Of a stretch of DNA of 64,000 nt, positions 56,868 through 64,000 are shown one piece after another. Where the stretch lies: positions 1 to 64,000 of IMG/VR virus record IMGVR_UViG_3300030108_000125; one strand, given 5' to 3'. The position numbers and the translations under genes are program-made. The notes under the pieces were generated by a model. That model was not told the origin of the DNA, did not search any database, and saw only the letters and a program-made list of their open reading frames with translations. Position 1 is the stretch's first letter. Every line of letters begins with the position of its first letter. This stretch comes from an uncultured virus (IMG/VR IMGVR_UViG_3300030108_000125). Its lineage: Duplodnaviria > Heunggongvirae > Uroviricota > Caudoviricetes.

Positions 56868-57325
56868 TATGGTTTTACTTTCATGTATTTGCTGACTGCG
56901 CGGTTCCCAAACCAGAACGACATAATAGCAGCAAACAATCCTGCCGTTGCGTCATCCCATATTAAACTAAGAGCGCGGCCCAAGTCGTGTCCGACATTAA
57001 GCAAAGCTAATAACGCTGTTACTTTAATGGCAACGAAAAGGCCAAAAAAACAATAAGTAATGACAGGGCGGACAGAACCTCGAAGTGCGTTAATAAAACC
57101 TCCCGCATCAATTGAATCATGCCTATACAGCCCCTCTGTTTCTTTTATGTCAGCCTCTTTGTCCATAATGCTAAGTTTTAATTCAGCACGTTTGGACATC
57201 AGGTCCATTTCAAGCTGTGCTCTTTCAAGCTCGTGTTTATGTTCTTGGTTTGCTTTAAAATAGTTAAGGACTTCGGGTAAGAAAGAAGTACCGAAGCCAA
57301 GCAAACTACCTAATAGTGTAATCAT
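56867..57325 (-). CDS. Holin (3-TM, GTA-holin-like)
   Basis: LRGSVRPVITY..TM..IMSFWFGNR; upstream of the endolysin. Confidence 0.75.
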   Translation of the reverse strand: MITLLGSLLGFGTSFLPEVLNYFKANQEHKHELERAQLEMDLMSKRAELKLSIMDKEADIKETEGLYRHDSIDAGGFINALRGSVRPVITYCFFGLFVAIKVTALLALLNVGHDLGRALSLIWDDATAGLFAAIMSFWFGNRAVSKYMKVKP

Positions 57326-57337
57326 TTCTTTTTCCTT

Positions 57338-57559
57338 TTAGTCCCAGAACTTGGTTTCTTTCGGGAAGAACTTTGGTTCGCAGTGCGCTTTGATTTTGCT
57401 GCTGCGGTAGTAGTTGTTTTTGTAGGTGTAGATGTGGCCTGTTTTTTCAACTTCTCTTGCAAAGTAGGCACATCTATGGATGTCTCTGAACGCCGCCACG
57501 CCCCCAATGTCCAACTCTTTATTGTCGATATACACGACCAACAAAAATCCAAGAACCAT
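57338..57559 (-). CDS. Hypothetical protein
   Basis: Hydrophobic start, F.DIHRC..F..C pattern. Confidence 0.55.
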   Translation of the reverse strand: MVLGFLLVVYIDNKELDIGGVAAFRDIHRCAYFAREVEKTGHIYTYKNNYYRSSKIKAHCEPKFFPKETKFWD

Positions 57560-57560
57560 T

Positions 57561-57761
57561 TCATTTTTCTGAACCTAGCCAGACTGCTATCGTCCCTGTC
57601 ATAGCCCCGCTAACCACTGAAATCATAGCAGATTGCTGTGTTGACAAGTCATCAAGGCTCATCCCCCAATTTATAACTTTGATGTACATAATCGTCATCA
57701 CAAGCATCATTAGTCGGGGCATCAATTTATATTGGAGTATTTTTTCAAAAGTGTTTGTCAC
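57561..57761 (-). CDS. Two-TM membrane protein
   Basis: PRLMMLV.. and SAMISVVSGAMTG helices; GAGG RBS with GTG start. Confidence 0.65.
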   Translation of the reverse strand: MTNTFEKILQYKLMPRLMMLVMTIMYIKVINWGMSLDDLSTQQSAMISVVSGAMTGTIAVWLGSEK

Positions 57762-57762
57762 A

Positions 57763-57999
57763 TTACACCTCTATATCGACACTAGAACCCTGTGGTTGTT
57801 CTATAGCCTTTCTTTCGCCTAACCTATCATAACTATGGGCTAAAGCAACCTGTTGCTGTTCTACGGCTTTTTGCTGCTTATGGACGCGCTGGTGCTCACG
57901 TTGAATATTTTGTTGTGCTTGTTGGCTCTCAATACTACGTTGAGTTTTTTGAACCTCTGATAACACAGAAAACTCAGACTTTCCTACCATACTAACCAT
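57763..57999 (-). CDS. Q-rich hypothetical protein
   Basis: Coupled ORF. Confidence 0.6.
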   Translation of the reverse strand: MVSMVGKSEFSVLSEVQKTQRSIESQQAQQNIQREHQRVHKQQKAVEQQQVALAHSYDRLGERKAIEQPQGSSVDIEV

Positions 58000-58468
58000 T
58001 TGCTGTCCTCATCAACCAAACAAAGACAAATAACCCTCCAACCAAAACCAAAAATAAAACAATACCTGCTACCCACTCAGTAATAGCTTGTTTTATTTCC
58101 ATACGTCTAAATTCATGCTCTCGTTTTTTCTTGCGTATTTCAGCCTCTATTCGTAGAAACTCTTGCCAGTGAGACGGACCAAGGATTGCTGGGTGCGATA
58201 TTATTTCACGTAACTCATCGCGCATTTGTTTTGCCTTTTTGCGAGCTAAAAAAACTTCCATAGCTTGCGCTTGTACACCGCCCCCGAGAGCTTTGTACCA
58301 AGGCGGTCTTTCAATCATCTTTTCTGCTTGGTCGATGTCAGCCATGCAGCCAGCCCACTGCTGTAACTGTTGGCCCATGTCTTGAAGGTCACGTCCAACT
58401 TGAACGCCCTTTTTCATAAAGTTAAAAGCTGCGGTAGCGCCCGCTATAGCGGTCATAGGGTCTATCAT
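57992..58468 (-). CDS. Membrane-anchored coiled-coil protein
   Basis: MIDPMTAIAGA N-terminus; C-terminal TM helix. Confidence 0.7.
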   Translation of the reverse strand: MIDPMTAIAGATAAFNFMKKGVQVGRDLQDMGQQLQQWAGCMADIDQAEKMIERPPWYKALGGGVQAQAMEVFLARKKAKQMRDELREIISHPAILGPSHWQEFLRIEAEIRKKKREHEFRRMEIKQAITEWVAGIVLFLVLVGGLFVFVWLMRTANG

Positions 58469-58477
58469 AGATCATGC

Positions 58478-58711
58478 CTACCGTTCCATTAAACGATCTA
58501 TTTTTTCTTCTAGCCTGTCAAACCTATCCATAACACGATCCATAACCGTATTATTTTCTACTTTACTAACATACTCTTTTGCTAATTCTTCACGTGTTTT
58601 ATTAAGTAAAATACGGACGCGCCCAAGTTCGTCGTGTTGGCTTTTTAACCACCAACCTAGACCACCTATTGCGGCGGTCAGTCCCACGTTTATGAGCGCG
58701 TCCATTTCCAT
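58478..58711 (-). CDS. Small TM + coiled-coil protein
   Basis: N-terminal TM, RFDRLEEKIDRL. Confidence 0.7.
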   Translation of the reverse strand: MEMDALINVGLTAAIGGLGWWLKSQHDELGRVRILLNKTREELAKEYVSKVENNTVMDRVMDRFDRLEEKIDRLMER

Positions 58712-58935
58712 TATTCTGCTGCTATATCCTCTGGTGGTTCTTCTAAAGTCTTTGTCAACATTTCCATAAAGGCTTGCTTGCCTACCTGTAATTGGTCAAG
58801 GTTAAACTGCGTAGAACTGATCTTACGATCTAAATCAGTAATGTGGTTAATCATTACCTTCTGTTGATCTGTTAGTTGGTCTTCAGTATATTCTTTGTCG
58901 TTAATCGTGATGGATTTTGTTTGTTTCTCAGCCAT
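58711..58935 (-). CDS. Small coiled-coil protein following the fibre
   Basis: AGGAG RBS; ITINDKEY..HITDLDRKI. Confidence 0.75.
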   Translation of the reverse strand: MAEKQTKSITINDKEYTEDQLTDQQKVMINHITDLDRKISSTQFNLDQLQVGKQAFMEMLTKTLEEPPEDIAAE

Positions 58936-58958
58936 CGTGATCTCCTTCTAGGTTAAAA

Positions 58959-59273
58959 TTAAGCGGCCCAAGGTCGTCCGCTCATGGTGGGTGGGTTTTT
59001 AAGATTATCTATGCCTTTCTTTAGATTTGCTTCCGTCACGTCTTTGTCTACCTGCGCTTGCACCCAAGCAATGCAGTTAGCTTCTGTAACACTCTCGTAA
59101 GCAGTGAAGTTACTGTCTGATGGATCAGGTGTGTGGCTAGTCGTGCCATAGCTGCTTACAGAGTGATCGCCATCTTTTGCGACGCATCGCCAGTGCAGCC
59201 TTTGTATACCTTTGCTTCCACTTGCGGTTTCATATTCGGTATTACTTACTGTCCATGTGTATTCGATTGCCAT
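58959..59273 (-). CDS. Fibre-associated small protein (possible assembly chaperone)
   Basis: YTW..HWRC..FTAYESVTE..W..PW; immediately after the fibre. Confidence 0.65.
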   Translation of the reverse strand: MAIEYTWTVSNTEYETASGSKGIQRLHWRCVAKDGDHSVSSYGTTSHTPDPSDSNFTAYESVTEANCIAWVQAQVDKDVTEANLKKGIDNLKNPPTMSGRPWAA

Positions 59274-59275
59274 TT

Positions 59276-62200
59276 TTATGCTCCTTCTAATGCGGCTATA
59301 CGAGCTTCTAATGCTTCATTCTTAGCTATAGATTCTTTAAGTGCAGCAGTAAGTAAAGGTATGACATCTGTGTAAGATAGATACAATTTGTCCGTTACAC
59401 CTGTTTTATCTTCTACATTAGGATCATTTTCTATTACGCTAACCGCCTCTGGTAAAACAGCTTTGACATCTTGAGCAATTAAAAATGGATGTAAAACTTT
59501 TTGTGAGTCATCATTATAATGACCCATTTTTGTTCTGAGTGTTTTTACTTTATCTATGGCATTTTCAATATCACCAGTTAAAGTTTTTAATCTTTCATCA
59601 GACGCAGAAGTCCAACTTGTTGCGGCGTCGCTTAAATTGACCCCTCCTGATGATCCTGCACGAATACGAAACCCTCCATTGGGAGAGGAGATATAGTTTA
59701 AGCCAGAGCGAGTATAAGCCAGTTCATTACCTGTACCTGAGGCACAAATGGCCCCTACACTTCCACCAATTCTAAATTGACCTGCATTAGTTGCAGAACC
59801 TGTTTGAGTGTTAGCAGGATATGAACTTGGGTCAGTATCATTAATACCAACTGCACCGCCGCTGTCGACGCGCATACGTTCCGTATTATTAGTAGCAAAA
59901 ACCACTGGTTTTTCACCACGATTACCAATTTCAAGGGCATTTAAACCAAAACCTTCAATTCGCGCCGAATAAGCAGACCCAGACCAACCAGTAAAATTAC
60001 CTGCAGTATAAATATATAGATTTTCAGAAGAACTTGTTGTACGTGTGACTTGTATTCCATTTATCCCTGCCCCATTTGAGGCTGGAGCAGCAGCATTGTC
60101 ACCTAGAACAGTAAGTCGTGAGGGTGGGTCGTTATCTGCGATCCCCACGTTGCCAGAGCTATCTATTCTTGCATACTCACTTGAACCATCTGCATTGTCG
60201 AACGTGTATGTTCCACCACGCATAACAAAGTCTTCTTTAGCATACAGCCTTAGATCGTCTTCAGCCTGAATTGTCATGTCGTCTGTGCTATGATCAAATT
60301 CTATTGATCCTGCTTTTCGAGCATCCGCAGAGCCACTGTTATCTGCAAAATATATCCTACTTGTTCCTGACGTGCCTGTTCGTATTGCAATACCAGCAGA
60401 TGATACACTGCTTGAACCAATAACAAGACCTGCACCAGAACCTGTAATGTCAGTATAAGTAAAGTCACCACCAGTTCCGATTCCCACGTCACCCGTTGAC
60501 CTTATGCGCATACGTTCCGTTGGAGAATCTGAGCCATCAGCAGTAGTCGAAAATACTAACCTTCCTGGCATGTCAGTAGCATCATCTGCTGGCGTACCAT
60601 CTACCTGTGCTTCAATCCTTGCAGCTTGTTCAAAATCAGTTCCATCACTTCCATAGAAAGCAATAGCACCCAGTTGATCGTTATCATTAACAACAGTGTG
60701 AGAACCTTTAGTTGTATTTCTACTATGTCCTAAAGATATATTTGCTCCGTCTGATCCATTTCTGTAGGTAGCAAAAGATGCAAGACTGAAATTAGTGTCT
60801 GAAACTTGTAACTCATGGCTTTCAGCATTAAAATTAACACTAGAAGAATGTCCAATAAGTAATTCTCCGTTGCTGTCGAGGCGCATACGCTCAGACGAAC
60901 CAGTAGCAAAACGAATGTCTTCTGCCCGAAAGCCCATTGGTTTCAAGGCTGAACCAGCAGAATTAGTTGTTTGAAATGCTAGATTACCACTTCCAACTTC
61001 ACTAATTGCATCGTTGATTGTTAGCTTCGCATCCGTGCCAGACGTTACACTAACATCACCGCCAAACGTAGCACCTGCGTTAAACGTAGCAGCCCCAGCC
61101 TCAGACATATCAAGGGTCAAGGCAGTTACGGTTCCACCACCATCATTACCTTTAAATATTAAATCTTTATCTGAAACAGCACTAAATAAAACAACATTTT
61201 GACTATCTTGACTAAATGTAAAAAGTGTTGTTGCATTATCTTTAAAACGCCAGTTACCACCATCAGCATCAAGAATAATGTCATTACCAGAATCAATATA
61301 AAGATCAGAATCATTTTCTATATTCAAGTCACCAGTGGTATTTTTTACAAAACTATGACTACCATTATGATATAATTTTAAATCACTACCTGCACCTAGA
61401 GCTAGCTCACCTGAATCTGGCAATTTAACATCATGGTTAAACGTAGCTGTCCCTGCATCACTCATATCAAGTGTAAGAGCAGTTACATTAGCTCCACCAT
61501 CATTGCCTCGAAATACCATGTCTCCATCTTGGACAATAGAGTACAGTTGAAAGTCATTAGTATCTCTTCTTAATAGACCATAAAAAGTGCCACCATCATG
61601 AAGTTGAATTCTTCCATTATCTTCAGCATCAAGAATAATATCGTCAGCTACATCAATTGTCAGATCACCACTAGCTGTTTTATTTGTGAGAGCATCCGCA
61701 GCGACGCCAAAACTTCCTATTTGTACACGTTCAGTTCCACCAGTGGTAAAACCTATCGTATCACTTGCTGATTTAAACATGCCTGTGTTTGTGTCGCCAC
61801 TAAAAGTAAAGCTAGGTGTTGAACTCCCACCAGTGCTTGCTGTGACGGTGCCTGTAGAGACTAATGCTCCAGCAATAGTAGTAATAGAATTTGTACCATT
61901 ACCAATAGTTACATCTATTTCATCCTCTGCATTACCATCGGTTATTATAAGACCGTTTTGCATCTCCCCATCATGGGAAGCAATTTGAAGTCTTAGTTTA
62001 CCACCTTCAGCACCGTCAGAAGCATCTGCAACCTCTGCACGAATTAATGCAAATTTAGTCTGTTCTTGGGCATCATTATCAGCAAAAAACTCTATTGTAC
62101 CAATATCATCATCATCAGCGCCAGCAGCACCTTTGTCTTTTACAAAACGAAGCCTCGCAGCATTAGCGTCATTAGTTGTGTCTTTGATAATTATTAAGGG

Positions 62201-63992
62201 GTCTTNNNNNNNNNNTTGTAACATCTAGATTAGTCGTACCGTCTACGTCTATATCGCCAGAGATATCTAACTCTGTGCCAATTAGTTTTTGTGTTAATGT
62301 CACTACACCATCAGACGCAATAGCTATAGCATCAGTATCACTAGCTGAACCAATAGTACCACCATCTTTAATTACTAGATCATCTGCAATAGTAAGCAGA
62401 CCTGCAGAGCTTAGTGTCATCTTAGCAGTAGCACTAGCAGCAGCAGTTTCAGATGCACCAGTGGTAAAAACTAATTTAGTAGAGTTAACACTAGAGGTAA
62501 ACTCTGCTTCTGCTATGGCATGAATACCTGCAGCCACAGTAGCGGCATCTGTTCCACTGTCATCCCCTGCAGCAAACTCAATAGAACCAATAACTTCATT
62601 TGCAGTGATTTCGTTTTCTTCAGATTTAAGTTGTAATACTGTAGGTGTATTATCTCCTGTATTAGTATTAGTAACTGTCAAACCTGTATCGTGCACATGA
62701 GTAATTGTAATCTCATCGTTTGCACCAAAAGCTATTGTAGCACCGTCATGCTGTAACTCTAAGTCTTGAGTAAGTGTAACATCACCGTCAGAACCTATAG
62801 CTATAGCATCAGTATCACTAGCTGAACCTATATTACCTGCATCAGGTATGACTATGTTACCACCCGTAGTCATAAGACCACCACCAGTGTATGTACCACT
62901 TACGTCTAGGTTAGCGTTAACATCTACAAGTGTAGCATTAAGTTCTATTTCATCTGTTGCATCAATGTCAAGTGTTGTTGCATTAGGAGCACCTATCTTT
63001 TGACTTGCATCGTTAAACTGAATAACACTAGTGCTATTAAGAAGTAACCCTGTATCAGCTACGTGTGTAAGTGTGACATCATTATCTGCACCAAAGTTAA
63101 GCACTGCTGCATCATGTTTTAAGTGCAAGTCATTAGTTAAATTAACATCCTGATTTGCATCTACGGTCATGGCAGTGCTACCACCTGTAGCTACAGTAAT
63201 AACATCAGAACCGCTAAACGTAATACTTGTGTTTGTATCTCCATCTCCTGCAATACTATCAAGCTGAACTGCACCTACGTTACTTAGTGCCGCATCTCCA
63301 AAGTCTACTGCACCAGCTACTGTAAGTGTGCCTGATACCTCTACATTTGCATTTANNNNNNNNNNTGTAGCACTAGGGGCGTTAATAAACTGAGAGGCAT
63401 CATTGAACTGCAACGCCATTGTGCTATTAAGAAGTAAACCTGTATCTGCAACATGCGTTAGTGTAACATCGCTGTCAGCACCAAACGAAAGGACAGAGCT
63501 ATCTGATATAAGTCTGAGGTCATCTCCTACTGATAAGTCAGCAGCTACACCTGCGCCACCTGCTACAGTTAAAGCACCTGTAGTAGCACTAGAGCTTGCC
63601 GTAGTAGCTGTTACCGCAACGACACCACCGCTTGATATAGTTATAGCGTTTGTATCACTAGCAGAACCAATGGAACCTGCATCATCAATTACAATAGTTC
63701 CTGTTGTAAGTGCACCGTCAAAAAAAGCATCTTTAAATAATAGAGAAGAAGTACCTAAGTCTAATGTATTAGTTGTTTTAGGAGTAACTGTTGTAGCGCT
63801 AACAACGAAGTCTTGCGCTGGGCCTAATACAGTAACAGGCCCACCCTCTGCAGATGTGCCATCGTGTGTGTGTCCACTGGTAGAGAAAGCTGTTACAATT
63901 GCATCAAACTCTCCATCAAAGTCTGCTGCGTTAATAACGTTACCATCAGCAATGTTATTGTCTGTATCGTTTCTTGTGTAACCTGTTCCCAT
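59276..63992 (-). CDS. Tail fibre with C-terminal S74-type intramolecular chaperone (split by N-gaps)
   Basis: ORFs 62172-63992 and 59276-62224 meet at the 10-N gap 62206-62215; ERMRI modules; SDERLK..LIAQDV..LSY..LEARIAALE. Confidence 0.8.
60375..60521. repeat. Direct repeat of window bases 1-147 (first 78 bp identical)
   Basis: Base-by-base comparison; about 8 mismatches in the next 69 bp, then similarity ends. Confidence 0.95.
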
Positions 63993-64000
63993 TGTACTAC

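Noticed and set aside
57322..57564. Alternative-frame 80-aa ORF overlapping 57338-57559 (possible nested lysis gene)
   Set aside because: Coupled at both ends but has no lipobox or clear TM; I cannot decide between frames from sequence alone
62172..62224. Programmed frameshift or pseudogene in the second fibre
   Set aside because: The frame change coincides with a 10-N scaffold gap of arbitrary length

Overview
The window is essentially one complete dsDNA tailed-phage genome of about 60.4 kb, podovirus-like. The host is probably a marine alphaproteobacterium (inference). A minus-strand late arm (17852->1) carries terminase small/large subunits, portal, GroES-like co-chaperonin, scaffold, Mu-gpT-like major capsid, a cluster of tiny basic proteins, head-tail proteins and a tail fibre running off the left edge. 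A plus-strand early/replication arm (18213-36376) carries DUF3150-like/AAA+/vWA-metallopeptidase genes, VRR-NUC, family A DNA polymerase, PD-(D/E)XK nuclease, SNF2 helicase, SSB and primase-helicase. A second minus-strand late block (63992->36454) carries tail fibre with S74 chaperone, holin, M15 endolysin, tail protein and giant ejection proteins. Bases 1-78 are identical to 60375-60452, so the genome closes into a circle there. Bases 60453-64000 are an alternative, N-gapped tail-fibre 5' half. No integrase, RNA polymerase, tRNA or CRISPR array was seen. The strongest unexplained signals are: (i) ten copies of an invariant-arm palindrome TCGGGCA-NN-TGCCCGA restricted to the early arm; (ii) a perfect chromosomal parS 16-mer; (iii) an exactly symmetric iteron/IHF-site element; (iv) a candidate anti-Shine-Dalgarno small RNA; (v) a pseudoknot-containing intergenic RNA; (vi) a tail-fibre repeat captured in-frame in an early gene; and (vii) a recurrent [MFY]-x-x-G-G motif across late proteins. 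All product calls come from motif recognition and synteny, not database searches.
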